Under the pieces are notes generated by a model. It searched no databases. It was not told the DNA's origin and saw nothing but the letters and a program-made list of their open reading frames with translations. The position numbers were made by a program, and so were the translations under genes. From Haliotis rubra (Eukaryota): DNA of 64,000 nt. The stretch spans positions 558,001-622,000 of the forward strand of contig NW_025767358.1 of NCBI RefSeq assembly GCF_003918875.1. The letters are read 5' to 3'. Positions 20,925 to 32,500 of the stretch are shown here, in pieces (the first letter of the stretch is position 1; the number at the start of each line of letters is the position of its first letter).

Positions 20925-23900
20925 ATGTTTCTACAAGTTCTGAACACTTTGTTGCTGTTGGAATCGGCGTTTTCTGACACAACTGTCACAATCTACAACG
21001 AGTGGCTCTCCCAGGGTGGACGGGTCAATTATGAAGTTGAACGATGGAACAACGTAAATGGGCTCACCCAACTGAGCCTAATTCCAAGTATGAAATCTAT
21101 CGGAGCGGTTCCTGGGCGTTGGGTAAACAGAGACCTCAGAGATAATCTCTTTGTAAATGTACGTATGAAGTAAAAACATCTTTCATACAAAAATATAGTT
21201 CGTGATTGATGTGATTCATGATTCATGTCCTTGTTTGCCTATTGAATCGGTATATTGTAAGGAGCAGTCTTTTTACGCAGCTTAAATGGGTTCGGAGTGA
21301 CAGTGTGTGTTCTATACTGGACAAAATAAGTTAGGGATATTGGTATTTTTATGATTGATATTTTATCAGTGTGTCAATGAATAAATAGATCATTATTAAT
21401 AATTTCAAAATTTACATATATCCCTAACTATTTTTGTCCAGTATATTTTCGCAAGGTGCAGATAGTTGCTCATAGTTCAGTTATGTATTTACTGGTTCAG
21501 ATTGAATTATTCAAAGTGACCCATTGGTGCAGGTGTTTGATAGTTCTGGTCCAAGCAGAATTTAGGGTACTGCTTAGTAAAGATGACCGTGAAGATCCGG
21601 GTTAGAATATTGGCCTTCAGTAACCCTTCTTGTCGTAAGAGGTGACTAACGGGATCGGGTGGTCAGACTCACTGACTTGGTTGACAGATGTCATCGTATC
21701 CCAATTGCGTAGATCGATGCTCATGATTTTGATCACTGGATTGTCTGGTCCATACTTGATTATTTACAGACCGCCGCCATATAGCTGGAATATTGCTGAG
21801 TATAACAAACCAACCAACCAACCAACCAATCCCTCTTCGATACTCATTCGCTATCATGGTCTCCCCACACAATCGCAGACCTCCTAAAATCACTTTTCTT
21901 AGGTCTTTGGCGGAGTTCAATGTTAGAAAAGCAGAAACGACTGCAAATGGGACAAACTAACCAATTCTGTCGTAAGTTCCAACAACTTCTTCGTTTGAAC
22001 TGGTCCTGCTTCCATGATCAGTTGTGTCAGTAGAAATTTCATTTGTAAGGAGGTAAGGAAAATATCTGAATGTAAGATTTCCAATTGAGAAATAATTGTA
22101 TTTACTAAAAAATCAGAAATGTAACACATCTCTAAAATGTCAATGGGAAATAGAAAATAAACTGACTCTGTTGCATATTTTCTGTTGCTCTGGTGTAACT
22201 GACCCCAAGAATATATGACACTATTTATGGATTGCATCTTATCTTTTATTCAATCTGGTGAAAGAGCAAGAATAATCTCTGAAACGTCGTGAGACAGAAG
22301 TTCTTATTCATAAAACGTGTCATTTATCCATGTTCATCCAACTTCTACACGCCTTGGAAGAACTTAGCTGACTCCAAGTATAAAACTGATCAAAGCGACC
22401 CATGGCACAACATAAAGGAATACACCATTATACTGTTTTTCCTTGAACACCCATTTACAATTGTATCATTAAAATGTTCATTTCTTTTACTTTTGTGAAA
22501 AATATTGTCCTTCAGTGGCTAAAAATGCAATTTAGATGAATGCCATAACAAACGTAACTGTTTATCTTTTAATTATTCACAGAGAAAACTGTTGGTTTAA
22601 TCTTATATTGTTTTATTCAGTGGCCTCAAAGCCCTAGTCACCATGGCTATCCGGACCCCACCTATCTACAGAACCAACCACTGCAGAGACGGACATTTTT
22701 GACGTATCTCAAACAATTGCAAGACTATGGGAATTACATCGCCAATATGGCCTGGGAAATGAAAGGTTTGTTCTTTTAATCCTCTCAAAGAGTGACTGAG
22801 TGAAATAAACTTTAACGTCACCACTGTTTCAGCCATACAGTGACGATAAACGTTTTGCATTCATAATAAATGCAAGTTGTTAAAAATCCAGTCATCAAAG
22901 GATTGACAATGAGTTGAGTTTTACATATGGTGTTTAAACCTGGCATGTAAATCTGAAACCTTTGAAGACAATATAAAAACAGGCTATAGGTCGTCAACAA
23001 GTGGAAGATCACGACACTAGGGACCATGGGGACTTACAGCGCGTTTTCCTATCTGCATGGACCATAGTTGAATTTGCATCATCCCTTCAAATATGACTAA
23101 TTTAGCCCCAAAATAAAACGAATACATATTCTATGAATACAAGTGTGTAGAAGTACATGGGAAAAGTATGCCATTAACTAATACATATAACTACTAACAG
23201 AACAGACGTGAAACAAATTTTGCGGTGTTTCAAGCTGAACTGAGAGCACTCTTTTCTCATTGGTAGGTAGTCCAATTTCCTTCTTACCTCTCTGAAAGCA
23301 GGTTACTCATAATCATTTATAACAACAGTTGAAAATGGCAGTAACTTAACCTGTCTACACAAACTTATTAACGCTTAAAGTGGGTGAACACCCAATGAAT
23401 ATTTCTTTCGTAATATTTCTCTTACCGTATATGCTGGTTGTTTACAGGTCTCTCCTGGCCCAGCTGGATAGATAAGTCTCAGCATCAAGACAAATTCCCA
23501 AACGATGTTGACGCTGCATCCGAGTTTGTCTCACTGATGGTTCAGAGCTGCAAGAACTACACATCAGGACGTCTTCCTTACATATTTGAAGTCATCAATG
23601 AACCTGATTGGGATGAAAAGTATATTGATCCACAAACCAATATAGATTACCACAGGGCCGTCGCCGACAAACTGAAATCAAGATTTGGAATGAAAGTGGC
23701 TGGACCATCATTCACTAGTATGGCCTTACGACTAGCAGATGAAAATAACTTCATCTTCTGGAAGAAAATTGCTAACTTTATGGACATGTCTCTTGATCAC
23801 TTGGACTTTTTCTCTTTCCATTCCTACAATCATATTTTCAATGCATCAAGCGAATCCTACTATGGTATCAACGAAGACCGTTTGTTTGCCTCTCTTGACA

Positions 23901-24913
23901 TGGTTGAGAATTATTCTCATCTCAAGAAAGGAAAAAGTGTTCAATTAGTAAACACTGAATTTGGAGTAGGTTTACTTACCATGGGCATTGCGCCCGATTT
24001 TGAAAATGGACTGATAGACTTTGAGACAATTTATCAAGCAAACGGTTTCATGTTTTCTTTCCTTAACCTCAGGGAGTTTATGGACAGAGCTACAGTGTAT
24101 CTCCTCGCAAATGAACAATACCCTGGCCATACTGCCCTTCGGAATTCCTTATTCACAAAAGATGGTCATCCACTTAATGCGACCAAATTCTTTCTATTTT
24201 GGAAAAACTTTATTGATGATCAAAAGTTTCTCCGAGTCTCTAGTCAATACGATGGAGAGGAGAAAATAGTCTCACCACTTGCACTAGCAAATCCTCACAC
24301 CAATGAGATGGTAGTTCTTCTCCACAACTTTGGCAGTGAATTTGAGAATGTAAAACTGGACTTCCAAAACAACTGGATCAATCCTTCTTCGGGTGAAGCG
24401 ACATGTATTCTGTTCGAAAAGGGTAAGCCAGCTGTTCATGCAGATTACCATTTCAACATATCCGGGGTTAATGGCACCGTCGGTCTTAATGGATCATCAA
24501 CATGCTTCTACAAGTTTCAAACCAACTACATCTTTAACAGATTACACACAGATAATCAGAACACATACTATGGCAGGGACATGCTCATTCCCATCAGCAA
24601 TGAACGTGCACAGACAACCATCAGTGTACCGAGCTCTGGCTACCATGAGGCCAATCTTAGAGTAGGAATTAGTCGTGGCATGAGAGACAATACAAAACCT
24701 AAGGCAGTTGTATTCAATGGTCAGACGTTGTCGTCAAGCTATATGTTGTTTGATTCTATGAAGACAACAAAAATGAGGACAACAACATGGAACGTGTGGG
24801 AGTTCATGGTACCAGCATCGCTGGTGAAAACAACCAACACCGTCAGCATGACCTTTGATGGGGACGGTGGCAACGTGACTTCCGTTGCTCTTGTTGCAGG
24901 AAAACTTGAGTAA
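20925..24913 (+). CDS. Secreted GH86-like beta-porphyranase/agarase, copy 2 (3 exons, 614 aa)
   Basis: Exons 20925-21158, 22621-22765, 23448-24913, same exon 1/2 sizes and intron phases as copy 1, open frame. Signal peptide, FEVINEP and VNTEFG present. An in-frame ATG at 20904 is an alternative start. Confidence 0.88.
21315..21443. mobile_element. Tc1/mariner-type MITE
   Basis: TIR TACTGGACAAAA..AGTTAGGGATAT, TA flanks. Confidence 0.75.
21586..21830 (+). mobile_element. Retroposon family A copy ((AACC)n tail)
   Basis: Reverse complement of 1-245. Confidence 0.8.
22792..23135 (-). mobile_element. Nimb-LINE 3' UTR fragment (intron 2 of copy 2)
   Basis: Shared motifs GAAGATCAC...CTAGGGACCATGGGGACTTACAG. 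Confidence 0.65.
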
Positions 24914-24918
24914 ATAAA
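24913..24918 (+). terminator. Polyadenylation signal overlapping stop, copy 2
   Basis: TAAATAAA. Confidence 0.6.
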
Positions 24919-25027
24919 TGTTCTTAAGAATACTTTGCTTGTGTTGATTCCATCCCCACACGAGGAATGATATACAGTGAGAAAGTGCCACTTTGTCAGA
25001 TGATACAGATAGTAATAATTCCGGTTT

Positions 25028-25236
25028 TGTTGTTGTTGTTCTTAAACGCCATATCAGCTATATGGCGGTGGTCTGTAAATAATCGAGTCTGGACCAGACA
25101 ACCTAGAAATTGACATCATGAGCATCAATCTGCGCAACTGGGAACCGATGACATGCATCAACCAACCCAGCGTGCCTGACCACCTGATCCCGCTAGTGGC
25201 CTCTTACAAGTATGGGTTACTGAAAACCTATTCTAG
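25028..25236 (-). mobile_element. Retroposon family A copy
   Basis: Diverged alignment to 1-245. Confidence 0.75.
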
Positions 25237-25393
25237 CACATTACAACCTTACGAAACAGAAAGGCTTCTTGTTTATTGCGACGTTTTGGTGTAAATTCTT
25301 ACACCATTATCAAGCTAAAAGTGATCGCACTCATTGGTATGATATGTATTAGGATGTGTCCAATACAATATTGCTCTTTACGCAACGCTACGC

Positions 25394-25568
25394 TATAGTC
25401 CCTTTGGCTCAAAAGGGGACAGATGAATTGCAATCTAACTCGAAAACTGATAAACAAATAGTACGCAATGAAACGCTGATCATAATAAAAACATTGAGTA
25501 TTATATGTTTATCAGTTTTCGAGTTAGTTCGCAATTCATCGGTCCGCTTTTGAGCCAAACGGACTATA
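25394..25568. mobile_element. Foldback MITE
   Basis: ~70-bp inverted arms TATAGTCC.TTTGGCTCAAAAG...CTCGAAAACTGATAAACA; related terminus at 8840-8931. Confidence 0.75.
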
Positions 25569-25617
25569 TTAATCCATTTTCCAACTGTAGCCTGTACATG
25601 ATATGCCTGGGCCCCTT

Positions 25618-28193
25618 AGTGAGTGAGTGAGTTAAAATTTATAGTCACATCGGCAATATTGCAGCCATGTTGTGACTCAAAAAGTTATAAATTAACAATA
25701 AACACAATTACATTATGAAACACCTCTCGACGAAGGACAGTAAAACAACTAGATTATCACAGGAATAAATTTAAGACTAGTAATCAAATCTAAAATACTG
25801 TACTTATAAATGACAATACAATATGAAAACCGGCTTTAGATTGCCAACAACTGAAGGTAGATCACCATACTAGGGACCATCGGAACTTACAGTACATTTG
25901 CTTCTAACTGGACTAACACCATCCATTCAGCCGTTAGCAATTTAGCAAATCTAGCCATACTTTAATAGAACAGGTATTCTACGTTTAAAAAAATGGAATG
26001 TTTTACTTCGAATTTACTTCGAATGTTTTGGGACTTACGTACCCTCTCAGGAGGACAATAAATTTACAGTACTTTAACCCCCGTCGAGGATACAGCCACT
26101 AACAATCTTAGTTATAAATTCAAACTTCCAATCATAAAGTGTTTATGTATTTACAAATCATTTAACAAATCTAATTCTTGTAAAAATGCAATAATTAAAT
26201 GAGGACTGATACTATTAAAAAGATCCTTCATAGTTCGTGATTTAAAATAGTTATCCCTTGTGATGGAATATTCTACACAGTCAAGCAAGACATGCTTGAC
26301 CGTGATTCTTTCATCACAAGGGACGCAAAACGGAGGATCCTCACCTTTCAATAGGTATTCATGAGTTTATCTTGTGTGGCATGATATCGTCACCATCCTT
26401 GGACCCATCTGAAAATAAGGATTTATATGTAATATATTAACTTTTTATTTGATTATATTCTTGTTTATAGTGTAATTCATTAGTTTCTGATTGTTTAAAC
26501 TTTGTCAGTGTTAGGTCCACTTGCGGCCTAACCATGCCAAGGAGGAGAAGAAAGAAGACGGGAAGGAGCTATATTTACTAGCTCAATACCAGCAGCAAAA
26601 AGGAAAGGTTTGACTCTTAGTCCCAGAAGCGGAACAAGAGAAGACTTTTTGTTGTACAGATCCTCATAAAGAGGGTTGAAAAGACAGTTGAATGCAGGGT
26701 TAGAGCCGAGATCAAAGAATATCGATACTGCATGTTGTTTATTTACTATTGTATTATTGACAAAGGATTCTAAACGTACCAAATGATCAATGGTACTACG
26801 ACTTTTCCTGAGACCACATATAATATTTGTTATAATGTTGTTGGTTTCAAGATACCAGGTTAATCTATTGTTTACCATTCGTTCCATGGTTTTACAGACA
26901 CAAGTCGTTAAAGAGATTGGTCTGTAATTTAACGGATCAGTATGATCCCTGCCAGGCTTTGGAATAGGGACAAGCTGGGTGTTGGCCGTCACAATTTGCA
27001 CATTTGTAGTCATTTGTACACTCTGTACTTTCATGGTGATCACCACAACGATGGCACGTAACAGGATTTCAACAGGAGTGAGAACAATGACCGAAATGTT
27101 GACATTTATAACAACGGAGTGGATTGGGGACATACACATCCACCCCGATGTTGAGATAACCAGCTTTGATCGACTGCGGAAGGGACGATCTAGCAAAAGT
27201 CAGTAAGTAAGTATTGGTATTGGTGATTTTGCCATCTTTCTTGAATGTAAAACGTTTCACCGCCGTAACGGCCTGATCATCAAACTCTGTAGCTATGTCC
27301 TCCTCTGACATGTCAGAGAGACAACGATCCCTGTCTCGGATAATGCCACAGCAGGAATTGAGAGTCCAGTGCACATATCCCATGGATAGCTTTGGAAATA
27401 GCAAATGGGTTTAGTTTAATGGGTAAGTAGTCGGGAGCTTCGATCACTAGAAATCTAGGCCAGGAATCAACGTTTGAAAAATTTGATTCAGTTGGACAAA
27501 CAAGTTCGTCCAAACGTCTCTTTCTTCATAGCGAGATGAACCAGCTGGATTGGGGTAACATGTTGAAAGGAAAATGATTCAACACCCCTGCTCCCCACCC
27601 ACCATGGAATGTCAACAAGGACAGTGGCACCGGATATCCAAGATGCCGACACCAGGGATACAGGGGTGATATACTCCAGCGAAAACGACACAACTAGCTG
27701 CATTTATCTACCAATTTAATGTCAGACTGGTTCGGCGAATAACAATAAATTGGATACATACATCATTTGGAGGTCATTATCACCAGATTGGCCCATGAGC
27801 CACCGCCTTCTGGCATAGAACTCTAGGCAATTTAATATAATAATAATTTGTACATTCAGGATAAAAAACAACCAAAGCCCAAAACTAAGTAAATGTGCAA
27901 ATAATATAGTCACTATGCACAGGGCTTGGCGTGACCAGCCGATTGATAGAAGCGGGCCAGTTCTACCTCCCGTCTAGGTGAAGTAAGGGCCGAAGTGGTG
28001 TGTTGGGCAAAAGGAACACGGTTCCAGGCTCCCAGTGCCCTCAACCACCAGCCTCCCGTCCTCCACCGACAAAGGGCGCAACCCACGGCAAACGGGTTGA
28101 TGGACCAAATATACCCCCGGGTCCACAACGGGGGTTTGAAGAGCACTTAGCATTACCCAGCACCCACCACGAAGAGGTGGCTCTTCACGGGTG
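25618..28193 (-). mobile_element. I/Nimb-clade LINE, internally deleted, both ends retained
   Basis: ORF1 remnant PNPLRCYKCQHFGH (CCHC), RT remnant IPKPGRDHTDPLNYRPISLTTCVCKTMERMVNNRL, C-terminal CVPC...HVLLDC, 3' UTR and (ACTC)n tail; degenerate TSD CCCCTTARTGAG. Confidence 0.8.
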
Positions 28194-28307
28194 CCGGACC
28201 CCTTAATGAGAAATACTGCCTCGACGTGCCTTCCAAAACTTAGGATACTGAGGAAACGGCATACGCTGTATATTTGAACATGATATCTTCTTGTGGCTTT
28301 TACGTAA

Positions 28308-28495
28308 TGAGTGAGTGAGTGAGTTCAGTTTTTCGCTATATGGCGGCGGTCTGGGCCAGACAATCCAGTGAGCAATAGCATGTATATCAAGATACGATGA
28401 CATTTGTCAACCAAGTCAGCGAGCCTGACCACCCGATCCCGTTATTCGCTCCTTCGGGTTACTGAAGATCAATTCTAACCCGGATCTTTACGGGG
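28308..28495 (-). mobile_element. Retroposon family A copy (internally deleted)
   Basis: Aligns to 1-245. Confidence 0.75.
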
Positions 28496-29304
28496 GGCTC
28501 TTATGATAGATGAACTGCAGTAATATCAGGCATTAGGATGCTCTCGGTTTCTTTTAAATATTTTATATACAGATGAGTATGAAGTGAACCAACAACGACC
28601 AATGTTCAGTCAATAGTTCAGAAGCTCTGAAGTTGGCGGTGGCTTATGGGCCAGTTGTGTGATGCTGACCTCCGAATAATGTTTGTCTACATAACATGTC
28701 ATGGGCTGAAACAGTCAGGCCTTGAGTTGGTAGATAAATACAGCAATTCATGTCAAATGTGCTGGAGTAAAACGCCACTGTATGCTTAGTGTTAGTGTCT
28801 GGGAAATCCGGTGCAAATGGGGGTCCTTGTTAACACGCCATCTGTTCATTTACCTTCATACTTTTCTGTGCAAAACCCATTTGTTCCTCTAGAGATGGAG
28901 GTAAGGATTAGATCATTTTCATATTTACGCGAAATATCTCCAGTTTAGAGTTTAGCAACCATAACTCACTTGTCCACTATAAAATGAATGTTTAAACTTT
29001 AATACCACGGTGCTTGCAGTAACTTAACAGATAATCGGTACGATGTGCGAAACCCATTTCTGGTGCCCCCTATGTGATATTAATACGTGACACGTTTTAT
29101 GGATAACACCCTCATTTTATTCTTTATACGACGTTTAAGAGCTAATTCTTGCTCCTTCATCAAATGAATGCTGAGTCAGTGCGCGTAGTGAAAATATATA
29201 TATAAAACATGTTTGCACAACACTTTAGCATAATATCCGTGATATTGATGGAATATTCAGTTAATACAGTTAATACCATTGCTGTTGACGCAATTTGGTC
29301 AAAA

Positions 29305-29519
29305 ACCTTGACATAAAATTTCCTTGCTGCCCATTGGTTTAAGTTCAAATATTTCAAAACGAACTGAGAGGAACATTCTGTTGAACATGAAACCTATACT
29401 TTGTGTACTCTTATCTGAATTTGTTTACTTAAGGAATGCCACTTGCTACTTTCACATGCAGATTGCAACAAACAGTTAAAAGCCCAAGCTGGTGATCAGA
29501 AATATCATTTCACAGCAGA
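29305..29519 (+). promoter_or_regulatory. Putative proximal promoter, copy 3
   Basis: CCCATTGG (reverse CCAAT) at ~29331, TGTTTAC at ~29422, CTTTCACATGCAGATT, TTAAAA at 29476-81. The whole block aligns with 44810-45025. Confidence 0.45.
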
Positions 29520-32500
29520 ATGTTTCTACCGGTTCTGTGCACCTTGTTGTTGTGGGGATCGGCATTCTCTGACACAACAGTCACAATCTACAACGAGTGG
29601 CTTGCCCAGAGTGGACGTGTCGATTATGAAGTTGAACGATGGAACAACGTCAATGGACTCATAGAATCCTACCTTGCTCAAAAGATGAAATCTATCGGAG
29701 CGGTTCCAGGGCGGTGGGTAAACACTGATCGGAGAAATGGTCTCTTTGCAAATGTAGGTATTAAATATAACCGTCTTCAAAGCAAAACAGATTTTGGAAG
29801 TGATATGGTTTTGTGCATGCTATGTATACCTACCAAATCAGAATATTGTAAGGAGCAGTATTTTTACCTCAAAATCGGAATGAGACAGTTGGAGTGTATA
29901 AGCTTAAGTATCTAGGGTGTTTTTGTCACGGTGTAGTTCATTGCTTATGGTTCGTTCTAGTCTATGCCAGTTTTTGATATTACAGAAACAGTCCAGTGTT
30001 GAAGTTCAGCTTTAAATAAATAGCTATATGATAACCTGTTTGTAATCTAGTTTAATAATACCTTTTCAAAACTTTTGTTTGTTCAAACAATACCGTCTGG
30101 GGAACCTTAATGTTCTTTTAATCCTGACTTTGAAGCCTTGCACATCTGATCAAAAAGTTTAAAGCAATAGTAAGTTTGTTTGTGCTATGTGATTAGTCTG
30201 CCCATCTCTTCAATTATCATTCAATATCATCACCATGTTGACGGCGGCTCGTGGTTAGGTGAGGTGAAATGGGGTTTAAGATAGTACTTAAGAATATTTC
30301 GCTCATATGACGTGCATGCATGTATTTATGTGGCTGCTTGTACTAGCCCAGACTTAAGCTGGTTTTATAAAACTAGCCCACTGAGATAAGCGTGCATACC
30401 TAACTCAGACACATTATACTGACTCCGAGCTGACCAGTCCTTGTTGTACCCAGTAATGCCGAGCGCCAGAAAGGGACCAATAAGTACCATATTTTAACGT
30501 CTTTTGGCATGACGCGACCGGGGATCGAACCGGCGACCTTCCACTCTCCGGGCGGATGCTCTAACCACTACATCATGGAGGTAGTCACACAGTCGTGGTC
30601 CTCTGGTCATGTCTTTTCTTAGGCCTTCTGTGGAACACAATCTCAGGTAATCAGATAGTCTGTGGTGGAGTTGTTTGAGATAACAATTTCTGTCTAACTG
30701 TCAACAACGTCATTAATTACAAAACCTAGCCTGAACAGGTATGGCCGCCAGCTCAGATGTGTCAGTACACATGAAGTCATCGTAGAGCAGTTAACCACAG
30801 TATCTGAATATGCGCTTTTCAATGGAGAAATACTTGTCGTTTAAGGTGTACAACAGAAGAATACTTGAAGTCAGACTTGACATAATAATACCCCACGAAT
30901 TGTCATGTTGAGACCTGTATTGTGGTGAAATTACACTGTGATACATTAATATTTCGCAGAATTACGGCGTGTTGAACATGCATGATTTATGCAAAAATAG
31001 TCCTAAGTCAGATATAGGTTGTTCTGCCTCTGGACGGGCCTGACTTAGGTCTTTTTGCCTCAAAACCCTTCGTAAGGAGGTGAAATTAGGTCTGGAGAGC
31101 ACATGTCACGCTGGAAGGAAGCTCTGAGAAAACTGAAACAATGGTTTGATTAAAACTAGTAAGCATTGACCAGTTCTTTCAAATATAAGTGTCACATCAT
31201 ACTATAATAGTGATTTTGTGTGAAAATGACAATATATGTACATAAACACACTCAAATGTGGTTTCAGGCACAAATTCATTTGTAACATACATAAAATATG
31301 TATAAAAAAACACATTCAGTCAGTAGTAAAATTATCTTATAAACGTATTTTATAGTAACATTTAATCGTAGTCATCACACAAAGGACGCACATAGTGTTA
31401 ATTAATATATATGCAGAATAGGGTTCACAGAGAACATTACGTTTTGGGCTAAATAATGGAATCTGTATCTCCCATTTTCCTGATCCAATTTACCCCGATG
31501 AGCTCGTTTCTCATTCATCTCATGATACTGATTACTGTAATGACAGTAAAGCTACTCTTCAATTTAATGTAGACTGTAATGTAGTTTGCTTCAGTTTGAC
31601 TGTGTTGAATTTGGAGACTGACAGACATTCAGTTCCAGTGTGTTCCAGTTCTACCCTCAGTAAAGTCAGATGGACATGTTCTGCAATGTTAACGTCACTG
31701 TCCCGAACAAAGCAGAAATGATGGTAAAGAGGTAAGTCTTGAGACCACGTCTAAAAGACTCAGAGTGTCGGCCATGTTCTGTACACGCCAGAGTACAACA
31801 AGGAGACTTACAATAGTAAAATATTTCCGGATGTTGCTGGTGTTCCTCAACTGTAGAGAACACGTCTTGGTTATTCGACTGATCTGACTATCCATTGAGA
31901 GGTCCGCGTCTTTGACACTCTCTGGCACTGGTACCTCCAGTTACCAAGGTAGTGAGCCCGGACTTCAGACTGATTAGGCTTGAAGAGTGAGTGTCATCTG
32001 CATATATGTGCTTGTTGATCTCATGTACCTGAATGATTGAGCTAAGTGCCTTGGTGTACAGCGTGAATAGAACTGGACCCAAAACCAACCCCTGTGGCAC
32101 ACCACGTGATAGATTCAAGGGAGCTGAATAGACACCATCGATATATACCTATTGTTACCAATTCCGCAGATATTTTTCGAACAAGGACTGGTAGGAATCA
32201 TATAGAAAGAACCATAAAACACTGGTCGAGATATTCCTCTAACAAGGATGTTTACTTCCTGGTTCTGAAATAACAGAATGATACAATGTAGCAACTTGTA
32301 TTTAGCACTTATTACCATGAAACAACATTTATGAATATCCCATTATAATGAAACTACAGCAATAAGTTCACAATACATGACACTGTCATGAAATGACTGC
32401 TCCCAAGTTTCACGAAACTTTGAAACAGTCTAGCAAAACTACAGATAGTAAATTCCATGAATTACCACTGAGCATGTTGACTTAATATTGATTCTAAAAC

